NCBI GenBank assembly: GCA_031378845.1
Contig: JANNES010000016.1
Location: 51,616-115,615, forward strand
Length of the DNA: 64,000 bases
Direction: 5' to 3'
Source: Rhodobacterales bacterium
GTDB taxonomy: Bacteria > Pseudomonadota > Alphaproteobacteria > Rhodobacterales > Rhodobacteraceae
How positions within the stretch are numbered: the first letter of the stretch is position 1; each line of letters begins with the position of its first letter. This document shows, piece after piece, positions 35,540-43,860 of this stretch. A program made the translations under genes and the position numbers. A model generated the notes under the pieces. It was given only the letters and a program-made list of their open reading frames with translations. It was not told the origin of the DNA and searched no databases.

Positions 35540-36189
35540 TTGTTGCGTTGACCGCGCGCCAGCGCCCGGCTGACTTGCGCGGCCACTTGACCCTGACTGC
35601 GTTGAAAGCTTTGCGCGTCCGGCGTCGAGATGTTCATAACCACCTGGACCGGACGTCCGCCTGACCCTGCCGACTGAACCCCTAGCCGACCGTCAGCGCC
35701 TCGGGTCAGTGGCATGATTGCCTCCGGCCCGGCTTCGCCCATCATGCCGCGCCCTCCCCGCATCGGGAATTGCACCGGGGACGAGACAATGCCGCCGTTT
35801 GCGAAAGGCACCACGCGCCCTTGCGAAAATGCGCCGCCCTTTTCAAACGGCATCAGACCGTTCAACGCCCCGGACACGCCTTGCGCCAAAAGTCCGCCCA
35901 GCGCACCTGTCACCGGCTTGATCGCGATGCCATAAACGGTGTCGATGATGCTTTGGGCGACGGTCTTCAACGCATCGCTTAACCGCATCCCGTCAAAAGC
36001 CAACCCGTCAAAAGCGCGCCGCAGCCCGCCGGACAACCCGGCCGACAAGGTGCCGACTTCCCGCCCGGTAAAGACGACCGTCTCGCGCATTCGCGCCAGC
36101 TCACCGTCAAAGCTCGCCACCATCTGGCCCGAGCTTGCCAATGTCGCTTCCAGTGACTGCAACTGTGCTTGCATGTCCTCGATTTCCAT
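35536..36189 (-). CDS. g11: GTA g11: short tail tape measure protein
   Basis: ORF 35536..36198 (GTG). The ATG at 36189 lies 8 nt after AAGAGG. The N-terminus is coiled coil and the C-terminal half is Gly-rich. Confidence 0.85.
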   Translation of the reverse strand: MEIEDMQAQLQSLEATLASSGQMVASFDGELARMRETVVFTGREVGTLSAGLSGGLRRAFDGLAFDGMRLSDALKTVAQSIIDTVYGIAIKPVTGALGGLLAQGVSGALNGLMPFEKGGAFSQGRVVPFANGGIVSSPVQFPMRGGRGMMGEAGPEAIMPLTRGADGRLGVQSAGSGGRPVQVVMNISTPDAQSFQRSQGQVAAQVSRALARGQRNK

Positions 36190-36391
36190 CGCGACCACCT
36201 CTTTTTGTATCGGGGAAAGCCGCGGCCAGTTCGTCCAGCCGCGATCGCGTCAGATGTGGCATCATCAGGTCGGCGCCCAGCATGATCCGCAGCTCAACCG
36301 GGGTCAGACGCCAGAATTCGTGCGGCGTCAGACCAAGAACATGCAAACCAGCGCGCACCAGGCCAGGCCAGTCGATCAGCCGTGTGCTCAC
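36107..36391 (-). CDS. g10.1: GTA g10.1: small tail-assembly-chaperone-like protein (rcc01693-like)
   Basis: 94-aa ORF with a GTG start overlapping the g10 stop (GTGA), in the -1 frame relative to g10. The conserved-looking part is DWPGLVRAGLHVLGLTPHEFWRLTPVELRIML. The 3' end overlaps g11 by ~83 nt. Confidence 0.7.
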   Translation of the reverse strand: MSTRLIDWPGLVRAGLHVLGLTPHEFWRLTPVELRIMLGADLMMPHLTRSRLDELAAAFPDTKRGGRDGNRGHASTVAVTGSDIGKLGPDGGEL

Positions 36392-36720
36392 GTCTCGCCC
36401 GGCACCGCAAAGGCACGCGCGAGCAACTCTGCCGCCGCCCGCGCTGCGGCCAATGGTCCGCCAGCTATCTCGACGGTCAAAAGGTCGCTCGCCTTACCTT
36501 GCCAGCCCCCGCCTCGCAAACCCGCGACGATCAGCGCCAGCACGTCGCGCGTCGAAAAGCTGCGCTGTTCAAACCGCTCAACCAGATCAATCAGTGACCC
36601 GGCACTCAAGGTCGTCTCCAGCTCGGCGAGAACCCCCAAGGTCAGCTTGGCGACATGCGGCTTGCCATCCAGGACGATGGTGACTTCACCGGCCCAAGGA
36701 TTGCCCATGGCGTCGCTCAC
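36388..36720 (-). CDS. g10: GTA g10: gene transfer agent family protein / tail assembly chaperone
   Basis: 110 aa with EVTIVLDGKPHVAKLTLGVLAELE, typical of GTA gp10-like proteins. Confidence 0.85.
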   Translation of the reverse strand: MSDAMGNPWAGEVTIVLDGKPHVAKLTLGVLAELETTLSAGSLIDLVERFEQRSFSTRDVLALIVAGLRGGGWQGKASDLLTVEIAGGPLAAARAAAELLARAFAVPGET

Positions 36721-37130
36721 AATGCGGTAAAGGTCAATGCGCCGGCCGAAGCCAGCGTCATCTCGTAGGTTGCCTCGCCGTTATAGGTTCCCGCATACTC
36801 GATGGCGGTCAGCTGGAAGGCTCCCTGCACCACGCCAAAGCTGGGGATGATCACCTGAAAGTCCGGCACCTCGCCGTCAAAAAACACTTGCCGCGCCCGC
36901 GCGTCGGTCGCCGCATCCCGAAAGACGCCCGACCCGGTGATCGATGCTGATTTGACCCCCGCACCTGCCAACAACTCGCGCCAGCCACCCTGGCTTTCGA
37001 GGCTGGTAACATCGACGGTTTCCGCATTGAAACTGATCCGCGTGGCGCGAAGCCCCGCAATCGTCTGGAACGTGCCGTCACCGATCATGTCAAGTTTGAC
37101 AAGCAGGTCCTTGCCGCTCTGAACAGCCAT
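36717..37130 (-). CDS. g9: GTA g9: major tail (tube) protein, TP901-1-like
   Basis: 137 aa with MAVQSGKDLLVKLD...FQTIAGLR, typical of phage major tail proteins of this family. Confidence 0.88.
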   Translation of the reverse strand: MAVQSGKDLLVKLDMIGDGTFQTIAGLRATRISFNAETVDVTSLESQGGWRELLAGAGVKSASITGSGVFRDAATDARARQVFFDGEVPDFQVIIPSFGVVQGAFQLTAIEYAGTYNGEATYEMTLASAGALTFTAL

Positions 37131-37210
37131 ACCATTTCTCCGATCTTTTCAACTATTGCGCCGCAAATGCGGGCAGTGACGGGACGAATTGTCCGATTAG
37201 TACAATTGAT

Positions 37211-37609
37211 CTACAGTTCCAGCCGAGCCGAAAAGGTCAGGTCCACACGCCGGACTTCGCCTTGATCGATCCGCGATGCGCGGGCGCGCTGAAACAGCAG
37301 ATGGACCAGCCGCCCTCGCGCCAAGACCAGTGTTGCCCCAACCAAGGCGTCCGATACCGCGACGGCAACGGTCTTTGCCGCCTGAAACCCGGAACCGTCT
37401 GAGATGACCGAAACCGTAAACCTGTGCTCAGCGCCGGGGCCACTTTTGTCCGAGACGTCACGAACCTCTTCTGGTCCGATCAAGACAAACGTTCCCACCC
37501 CCACCCCGGGTGGCAAAGCATCATGGATTGGCACACCCGCGAGCGGCGTCGCCGCGGTCAGGCGCTGATAGATCGCCGATTGAAGTGCGGCTGCTCCTGC
37601 ATAGCTCAT
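37211..37609 (-). CDS. g8: GTA g8: DUF3168 tail terminator/completion protein
   Basis: 132 aa at the conserved position between the adaptor and the major tail protein. Confidence 0.8.
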   Translation of the reverse strand: MSYAGAAALQSAIYQRLTAATPLAGVPIHDALPPGVGVGTFVLIGPEEVRDVSDKSGPGAEHRFTVSVISDGSGFQAAKTVAVAVSDALVGATLVLARGRLVHLLFQRARASRIDQGEVRRVDLTFSARLEL

Positions 37610-37944
37610 GCCGGCTCCTCCTCACGTGCAAAGCAGACAAGGTGACGCGCATCGCCATCGCGCTCGGTGACCGCAAGGATCCGAAAGACCCGCGCGCCTT
37701 CACGCAACCGTTGCTCCGGTACCGGCCGCGACGGCGCCCCGAACGGGGCAGCGCGAACGGTGATGCGGTAGGGCACGGTCGACAGGACGACATCTTCGCC
37801 GGCGGTATCGCGACCCGACCCCGGCAAAATCTCCGCCCAAAGCGTGCCAAGAATCATCCATGACTTGGCATAGCCCCCCGCATCGTCTGCAACCGTCATC
37901 GGCCCTTCCAAGGTCAGGGCGCGGTTTAGTTCCGGCAACTTCAT
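37606..37944 (-). CDS. g7: GTA g7: head-tail adaptor (head-tail joining) protein
   Basis: 112 aa at the conserved position, with 4-nt overlaps on both sides. Confidence 0.82.
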   Translation of the reverse strand: MKLPELNRALTLEGPMTVADDAGGYAKSWMILGTLWAEILPGSGRDTAGEDVVLSTVPYRITVRAAPFGAPSRPVPEQRLREGARVFRILAVTERDGDARHLVCFAREEEPA

Positions 37945-38540
37945 GATGCCCCCCCGCCCAGCACACGCACGGTACGCCAGCGGTCAATCAGCGTCAGCAC
38001 CGCCATCGGCAACCCTGCTTCGCGGATACCGCCATCGTGTCGGTGCTCATAGTATTCGGCTGCCAGCAGCAGAACCGCTTGTCCCAGATCCGCTGGAATC
38101 TCGGCCCAGACGCTGCCAAACCCGGCGTCAAAGATGATCTCGACGCGCCCTTCGCTTGGAATGGTCGGCAGCGATGTACCAAAGCCCGTCACTTTGGGCC
38201 TGTGTGTATCGGGCACCAACCGGTAGGACTGCGATGGGACGACGATGCTCCCGCCCAGCCCGTCATAAACAGTGACGCTGATCAGCTGTGTCACCGGCGC
38301 GATCGGCAAGGCTTGCTCCTGTCGCTGGCGCCAATCTTCCAATCGCCACAGGAATCGCCGCGCAATCAGCGCTTTTCCGATCCGGCCCTCGATGGTGGCC
38401 AGTGCCGCCCGCAGATAGCTTTCGATCAATGCATCTTGCAACGTGTCATCGGCAAAACCCGTCCCAAGACGCAGATGGTCTTTCAGCTGCTGCACCGGCA
38501 AGGCCAATGCTGGAACTGTCGTCTGCTCGATCAGTATCAT
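37941..38540 (-). CDS. g6: GTA g6: head-tail connector (gp6-like) protein
   Basis: 199 aa with VQQLKDHLRL...D..L..L..AA....E, typical of gp6-like connectors. Confidence 0.82.
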   Translation of the reverse strand: MILIEQTTVPALALPVQQLKDHLRLGTGFADDTLQDALIESYLRAALATIEGRIGKALIARRFLWRLEDWRQRQEQALPIAPVTQLISVTVYDGLGGSIVVPSQSYRLVPDTHRPKVTGFGTSLPTIPSEGRVEIIFDAGFGSVWAEIPADLGQAVLLLAAEYYEHRHDGGIREAGLPMAVLTLIDRWRTVRVLGGGAS

Positions 38541-38657
38541 CTTAACGCTCCGATCTCTCGAAAGCTCCCAAGTTCCACAAAATGGACGCGCACCCCATGC
38601 CGCTCGGACGGGGGGGAGCAGCTAGACGGCACGGTCATTCCGGCGCGCGTCCATCCA

Positions 38658-38681
38658 CCGGTCCCCAGTGACGGGGACCGG
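38658..38681 (-). promoter_or_regulatory. Perfect 9-bp stem-loop (CCGGTCCCC / GGGGACCGG, 6-nt loop) just downstream of the capsid gene g5
   Basis: It lies in the 157-nt g5-g6 gap, the largest intergenic gap inside the cluster. No U-tract follows on the transcribed strand. Confidence 0.4.
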
Positions 38682-38697
38682 ATAGCTCTGACAAAGG

Positions 38698-39894
38698 TCA
38701 GGTAAGGGCGAACTTCAGCAGCTTGATTGCCGCATAGTCCGTGACATCCCCGCCGACGCGCTTGTTGGCAAAGAACAACACGTTCGGTTTGGCCGAGAAG
38801 GGGTCGCGCAAGATGCGAATGTCCGGGCGCTCGGCGATGGTGTAGCCGGCCACAAAGTCACCAAACGCGATGGCGTGCGCATTGGCCGCGATGTCCGGCA
38901 TGTCCTCGCTGATCAGCACAGGATAGCCCATCAGACGTGCAGGCTCACCGGCCTGAAGGCTGTCACCCCACATGAAGCGACCGTCTGCATCCTTCATCTT
39001 GCGGACCGCACCCGCCGTCTTGGAGTTCATCACGAACGTCGCATTCGCACGGTAGTCCGCTGCCAGCGCATAGACGAGGTTGACGATGGTATCCGCCGCA
39101 TTGGTCGTGGGGAAGTCGGCCGCCGCACCTGACGGCACGTAACCGATGTTGCCCCAGGTCCAGCTTGCATTCGTCACTTTGGTCGGCAGCAAAAAGCCCT
39201 TGGGCTTGTCGATGCCGTCTCCATTGACGAAGGCCGCAGCCTCCGCCCGGATGAACCGCGTCGCAATCTTGCTCGACAGCCAGCCCTCGACGTCAAATGC
39301 GCTGTCGTCCAGCAGACGCTGGCTGGCCTTCGGCATCGCCGACAGTTCGTGCAGCTTGATCGAGATGCGCTCGATGATCGGTGTGCCGGTTTCTGCCTGC
39401 GCGCCGGTTTCCGTAGCCCAGCCGGAGCCGACCTCGGAGCGGTCGATCAGCACGTCATAGCTCGTCGCATCGACGTTCACGACGCTAGAGATCGCCCGCA
39501 GCGACGAGGTCGATACCAGCATCGAGCGGATCGTGTCAGCAGTCTGCGGGTCCACCAGATAGCCGCCGTCCGCTGCAATTCCGCTCGACAGCGCCTTGCC
39601 CTCCAGGACAAGACCGCGCAAGCCATCATCATCACCCGAACGCAGATAAGCGTTAAAGGCCTTCTTGTGCGGGGCTTCGGTTTCGGCATGGGCCGAAAGC
39701 GTCGGGCGTCCGTAGGTGGTCATCTTGCGGTCCAGCATGTTCAGTCGCTCTTCTTGTTGTTGCAACGATGTCTTCACTTCGGCTTGAAAGCCGTTCAGTT
39801 CCTTCAAAAATCCGGACATGGCGGATTTCACTTCCGCCCGCGGATCTGGGGACGAAGACGTAGCGTCCCGCCCCCGAGCCTCTTTCTCGGTCAT
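38698..39894 (-). CDS. g5: GTA g5: HK97-family major capsid protein
   Basis: 398 aa. The N-terminal delta-like coiled-coil region is followed by an HK97-fold capsid sequence. Confidence 0.92.
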   Translation of the reverse strand: MTEKEARGRDATSSSPDPRAEVKSAMSGFLKELNGFQAEVKTSLQQQEERLNMLDRKMTTYGRPTLSAHAETEAPHKKAFNAYLRSGDDDGLRGLVLEGKALSSGIAADGGYLVDPQTADTIRSMLVSTSSLRAISSVVNVDATSYDVLIDRSEVGSGWATETGAQAETGTPIIERISIKLHELSAMPKASQRLLDDSAFDVEGWLSSKIATRFIRAEAAAFVNGDGIDKPKGFLLPTKVTNASWTWGNIGYVPSGAAADFPTTNAADTIVNLVYALAADYRANATFVMNSKTAGAVRKMKDADGRFMWGDSLQAGEPARLMGYPVLISEDMPDIAANAHAIAFGDFVAGYTIAERPDIRILRDPFSAKPNVLFFANKRVGGDVTDYAAIKLLKFALT

Positions 39895-39935
39895 CGCGAT
39901 GTTTCCTTAAGGTTGGTCGTGAAAGGGCCGCGGCG

Positions 39936-40496
39936 TTACCGTTCGGCCAGGCTCCGGCGGGCGTCGTCGATAATCTCCGCCATGTCGCGCCAAGTCTCGG
40001 CAAGGGCGTCGGTTTTTGCCGCTACCCGTGCCTCTGCAAGCATGGGAAAGGTCACAAGCGACACTTCCCAAAGCTCCAGTTCCGAAAGGACTCGCTGGCC
40101 CTTTGCATCACGCTCGGCCCGCAAGGTGCGATAACCGATCGACAGCCCGTCAATTGCGCCCGCCGCCAGCAACGCCGCAGCCTCGCGCCCGCGTTCGACT
40201 TCGGGCAGGATGCGCCCTTTGACCCAAAGGCCAGTTGCATCCTCGCGGACCTCTTCCCAGACGCCAATGGGCTGTGCGGGATCGTGCTGCCAAAGCATCT
40301 TGACGCGCCGGCCCGCCGCAGCGAGCGCCTTCAGGCTTGTCGCATAGGCCCCCGACTGCACGATATCGCCGCTTTGATCACGTCGTCCGAACAGCGACGC
40401 ATAGCCCTCCAGGACGGTTCCGTCGCGGACGACGAGCCCCGTTTCGGGCTTTTGGAACTTTCGTTCCGGCGCCCCCCAGTCCTTCATGTCGGTCAT
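39936..40496 (-). CDS. g4: GTA g4: HK97-family prohead protease
   Basis: 186 aa with LEGYASLFGRRDQSGDIV..GA and VKMLWQHD...PIGVW motifs. Confidence 0.92.
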   Translation of the reverse strand: MTDMKDWGAPERKFQKPETGLVVRDGTVLEGYASLFGRRDQSGDIVQSGAYATSLKALAAAGRRVKMLWQHDPAQPIGVWEEVREDATGLWVKGRILPEVERGREAAALLAAGAIDGLSIGYRTLRAERDAKGQRVLSELELWEVSLVTFPMLAEARVAAKTDALAETWRDMAEIIDDARRSLAER

Positions 40497-40499
40497 CTT

Positions 40500-40745
40500 T
40501 CACCTCATCGCCGCTTGGATTATTGCCTCGGCACCTTGCGTCAGCAGAAACGCAGCTACCCCGTAAACCCCCAGCCAGATGCGTTTTTCCAGCCGCTCAA
40601 GCGCTGCGTCGATCAACGTCAGCCGGTATTCGAGCGCGCTCCAGCGTTCTTGCATGACCCGTTCATTCGCTTCGATCCGCGCTGTTGCCGCATCAAAACT
40701 GTCGTAGAGAAACCGCGACCCGGCACCGTCGCGCGGCGCCGTCAT
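40500..40745 (-). CDS. g3.5: GTA g3.5: small head-formation protein with C-terminal TM helix
   Basis: 81 aa between the portal and protease genes, as in RcGTA. Confidence 0.75.
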   Translation of the reverse strand: MTAPRDGAGSRFLYDSFDAATARIEANERVMQERWSALEYRLTLIDAALERLEKRIWLGVYGVAAFLLTQGAEAIIQAAMR

Positions 40746-41917
40746 TCTTCCTCTGCAAGGCGCGGCAGACCCAGCAGCATCCGTTTTTCCGACTGCGTCA
40801 GAAACTCAGCAGCCCCGATCCGAGCCCATTGCTGGTCACGCTCTTGCGCCAATGCCGGGATCTGGTCCAGATCGATCCGAAGTTCCGCCGCATGATCGGC
40901 AAAAGACGCCATCCAGTAAGACAGATCGGCAAGAACTTTGGTGGCAAGCGGCAAGACCGTCAGCCGGTAGAACGCCCGGTTCGCCTCTTGGTAATTGGCG
41001 TAAGTCGCGTCCCCCGGAATGCCCATCAACATCGGCGGCACGCCGAAAGCGATGGCAATCTCGCGCGAGGCTGACTCTTTGGTCTTCTGGAACTCCATGT
41101 CGGAAGGGCTGAACCCCATGGGCTTCCAATCCAGCCCCCCCTCCAGCAGCATCGGACGACCCGCATTGCGCGCACCTTGATGATGCGCCTCCATCTCGGA
41201 AACCAGGCGGTCGTACTGATCCGAACTCAGCGCCCCCTGGCCGTCCGCGCCCTTGAACACGATGGCCCCCGAGGGGCGGGCGGCGTTGTCGAGCAGCGCC
41301 TTTGACCATGCACTTGCCGAACCATGCACATCCAACGCTACCGCCGCCGCCTGCAAAGGCGAGAACCCATAGTGGTCGTCTTGCGGATGAAAGCTCTTCA
41401 AATGGCAGATCGGTTGCACCGGTGCCGTCATGTCGAACCGGTGTTTGCGCCCCGCCACTGTGTATTCGTAGGCAACAGGCCAGCCATCTGTGCCCGGAAC
41501 CACGTTGATGCGGTCCGACCGCAGCACATGCAGCTCTCCCGGCAACGCCCCGGCACCCGGCACCGCCTCGACATAGGCATTGCCCGCCAGCAGCAGATAT
41601 CCATACAATGCCTCGAACAGTTCGGCCCGCCCCTGTGCTGCGTTCGGCCGTTGAATCAAGTCCAACAGCGGATGCGTCTCATAGCGCCGCGCCGTATCTT
41701 GGCAGATCAGCGGCAGCGCAGCCGCAGCCTCGGCGATCATCTTGACCGCCCGAAATCCGACAGGATTGCCCAAGAAACCCGTTTTGGTCAGCGACACCGT
41801 GTCCCTTGGGCTCCAGGCGACGCGGCCCGAACTGCCCCATGCAACAACCCGGCCGGTGGCCGAGGCTTTTTGTTCGGGCACGGGCTGTTCCGCACGCCGC
41901 AAGAAATCAAACACCAT
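40742..41917 (-). CDS. g3: GTA g3: HK97-family portal protein
   Basis: ORF 40742..41947 starts at TTG. I prefer ATG 41917 (MVFDFLRR), 9 nt after GGGAG. The sequence is typical of portal proteins. Confidence 0.9.
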   Translation of the reverse strand: MVFDFLRRAEQPVPEQKASATGRVVAWGSSGRVAWSPRDTVSLTKTGFLGNPVGFRAVKMIAEAAAALPLICQDTARRYETHPLLDLIQRPNAAQGRAELFEALYGYLLLAGNAYVEAVPGAGALPGELHVLRSDRINVVPGTDGWPVAYEYTVAGRKHRFDMTAPVQPICHLKSFHPQDDHYGFSPLQAAAVALDVHGSASAWSKALLDNAARPSGAIVFKGADGQGALSSDQYDRLVSEMEAHHQGARNAGRPMLLEGGLDWKPMGFSPSDMEFQKTKESASREIAIAFGVPPMLMGIPGDATYANYQEANRAFYRLTVLPLATKVLADLSYWMASFADHAAELRIDLDQIPALAQERDQQWARIGAAEFLTQSEKRMLLGLPRLAEEE

Positions 41918-42036
41918 TTCGGATCGCTCCCATTTGTGCCAGGTCAAACCCCAAGCCTTTGCCGCCCCGCGCCCCCGGGGGCGCGGATAGCTGGTCGATT
42001 GTTGTCATGCCGTGTCGGCTTGGCGGGTCACCCCGC

Positions 42037-43383
42037 TCAGTATAGGCCCCGCATCTGCGGATTGCGGAACGCCTCGGCCGGGGCGACCATCAACTCGGTC
42101 AACGCCCAGACCAGCGCATCCATCCGGTCCGGACTGCCCTTGCCGCGAAACCCGCCCGCCGTCATCTGGCACATCTGTTCTTCAAGCTTTTGCAAGCCCC
42201 GCACATGTGCGACACGGCCCTGCTCATAAAGCGCGGCCACAGGTTCTGCCCGGATGGCCTTGTTCTTGGTCGCCGTGACGCGCTTGTAGGGGACCAGCGC
42301 ATCCACGGTCCGCAGCACGCTTTCCACCAGATCCCCCCCTTGGTTCACCTCGGCGACCAATCGGTCGGCCTTGTGGCGCTCCATTGCCGCGATGGCCGTG
42401 CGTGCCCACTGATCCGCCGAAACGCCTTGCACAGAGGCATCTTCGAGGACCACCGCGCGCCAATTCTGCGGCGCTCCTTCGGTGATCGCACCGACCACCA
42501 CGATCCCACAGGTGTCAGACGATTTCGTCGACGTCACCGGCGGGTCGATCGCCACGACAATCCGGCTCATCTGCGGCATCGTCTCGATCCTGCAGGCCTC
42601 AATCTGCTCAGAGGTCCACAGGGCGCCTTGCACATCCTCGATCAGCAAACCTTCCAGTTCTTGCTGACCTTGCCGCGTGCCGCCATAGCGGGTCTGAACT
42701 TCGGTCAGGAACGATGCCGCAAGATAGGCCCGGTTCGCCTCGGTCGGGGCGTGGGTGATGACGGTTGAGGGGTTCTTGAGGATCGCCTTCAACACAGCCA
42801 CATTTTTCGGCGTCGTCGTTACCACCTGACGCGGATGATCCCCCAGACGCAGCGCAAACTGCAACATGTCCCAGGCTTCCTCGGCGCGCTTCCACTTGGC
42901 CAACTCATCAACCCAGGCCGCATCGAATTGCGGCCCGCGCAGGCTTTCCGGCTCATGGGCCGAGTAGACTTGCGCGACTGCACCGTTTGGCCAGACCAGC
43001 CGCTTGCGCGTGGCTTCCCACGTCGGCATCCGGTCCGGTGGCGAACAGGCCAGTATCCCGCTGTCCCCGAACACCATGACCTCGCGTACCTGCTCAATCG
43101 TCTCACCGACCAGCGCGACGCGCTTGGACCGGCCGGGATCGATGGGCCGCGCGCCTTCAACCTCGGCCCGTACCCATTCCGCTCCGGCGCGCGTCTTGCC
43201 TGCGCCGCGCCCCCCCATGATCACCCACGATTTCCACACACCTTGTGGCGGCAATTGATGGGGGAGCGCCCAGAACTCGAACATCCACGGCAGCGACAAC
43301 AGCGCGTTGTCGCCCAGATCCGATAGAAACGCATCGACCTCATCCTGCGTCGCGGAGGCTAGCCAGGCGGCGCCCGATTTCAT
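42037..43383 (-). CDS. g2: GTA g2: large terminase (DNA-packaging ATPase/nuclease)
   Basis: ORF 42037..43467. Walker A motif GGRGAGKT. The start is uncertain (ATG 43383 or 43467), and both choices overlap the g1 3' end. Confidence 0.9.
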   Translation of the reverse strand: MKSGAAWLASATQDEVDAFLSDLGDNALLSLPWMFEFWALPHQLPPQGVWKSWVIMGGRGAGKTRAGAEWVRAEVEGARPIDPGRSKRVALVGETIEQVREVMVFGDSGILACSPPDRMPTWEATRKRLVWPNGAVAQVYSAHEPESLRGPQFDAAWVDELAKWKRAEEAWDMLQFALRLGDHPRQVVTTTPKNVAVLKAILKNPSTVITHAPTEANRAYLAASFLTEVQTRYGGTRQGQQELEGLLIEDVQGALWTSEQIEACRIETMPQMSRIVVAIDPPVTSTKSSDTCGIVVVGAITEGAPQNWRAVVLEDASVQGVSADQWARTAIAAMERHKADRLVAEVNQGGDLVESVLRTVDALVPYKRVTATKNKAIRAEPVAALYEQGRVAHVRGLQKLEEQMCQMTAGGFRGKGSPDRMDALVWALTELMVAPAEAFRNPQMRGLY

Positions 43384-43657
43384 CCCGCGCGGCGTCAAAG
43401 TCGAGCGCTTGGGCTCCGACGGCCCCAGTAACTTGTCTGCGGAGTTTTTCAACTCTGGTCCTTTCATCCATGACCATCTCGAAGGCGGTCTTCAGATCCT
43501 TGACGGCCTGGGTCGCGGCCTTGGCATCCCCAAACGCGCCCGCCTTGATACTGCGGACCGCGCGGACCAACTCCTCTGCCGTTTCGCGAAACAGCCCTTC
43601 CGTTTCCGCCAGCAGATCAACTGGCGAAACCTCTCCTTCGGAGAATTTGATTGTCAT
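43340..43657 (-). CDS. g1: GTA g1: small-terminase-like first gene of the cluster
   Basis: 105 aa, helical and charged, immediately upstream of and overlapping TerL. Confidence 0.75.
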   Translation of the reverse strand: MTIKFSEGEVSPVDLLAETEGLFRETAEELVRAVRSIKAGAFGDAKAATQAVKDLKTAFEMVMDERTRVEKLRRQVTGAVGAQALDFDAARDEIGRRLASLRDAG

Positions 43658-43759
43658 ATGTAGCTCGCACCCGCCTCATGCTGCCCGCACGAGAGAAATG
43701 AAAATGCGGCACCGGGGTCACCCCCAGGCCGCTCGCCCACTTCTTCTAGCATGCCACAA

Positions 43760-43788
43760 TCTATAGGTTGGAGCGGACGCAGAGTCAA
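43760..43788 (-). promoter_or_regulatory. Candidate sigma70-type promoter of the GTA cluster (-35 TTGACT, 17-nt spacer, -10 TATAGA on the minus strand)
   Basis: Read on the minus strand ~100 nt upstream of the g1 ATG. It is the only good hexamer pair in the 203-nt mltG-g1 gap. Confidence 0.45.
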
Positions 43789-43829
43789 GATAAAAACTCA
43801 ACGTGATCAATGCCTTGCTGTGCGGCGCG

Positions 43830-43844
43830 TTAACCGCTTGTTAA
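43830..43844. promoter_or_regulatory. Perfect CtrA-type box TTAA-N7-TTAA (TTAACCGCTTGTTAA)
   Basis: Exact match to the CtrA full-site consensus. It is centred ~50 bp upstream of the candidate -35 and 16 nt downstream of the mltG stop. Confidence 0.55.
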
Positions 43845-43860
43845 CCCTCGTGCCCCGGCG

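Larger units (their letters stand above)
29650..43657 (-). other. RcGTA-type gene transfer agent (GTA) head-tail structural gene cluster, g1-g15, apparently intact
   Basis: 17 co-directional ORFs in canonical RcGTA order, mostly with 4-nt start/stop overlaps. There are no integrase, repressor, replication or lysis genes. The cluster is flanked by cysE and mltG-fabF. Confidence 0.93.

Noticed and set aside
29650-43657. Reading the phage-like cluster as an integrated prophage.
   Set aside because: It has only head, tail and packaging genes. There is no integrase, repressor/antirepressor, replication or lysis module. I saw no att-like direct repeats, the composition is host-like, and it sits in conserved core-gene flanks. 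This fits a GTA, not a prophage.
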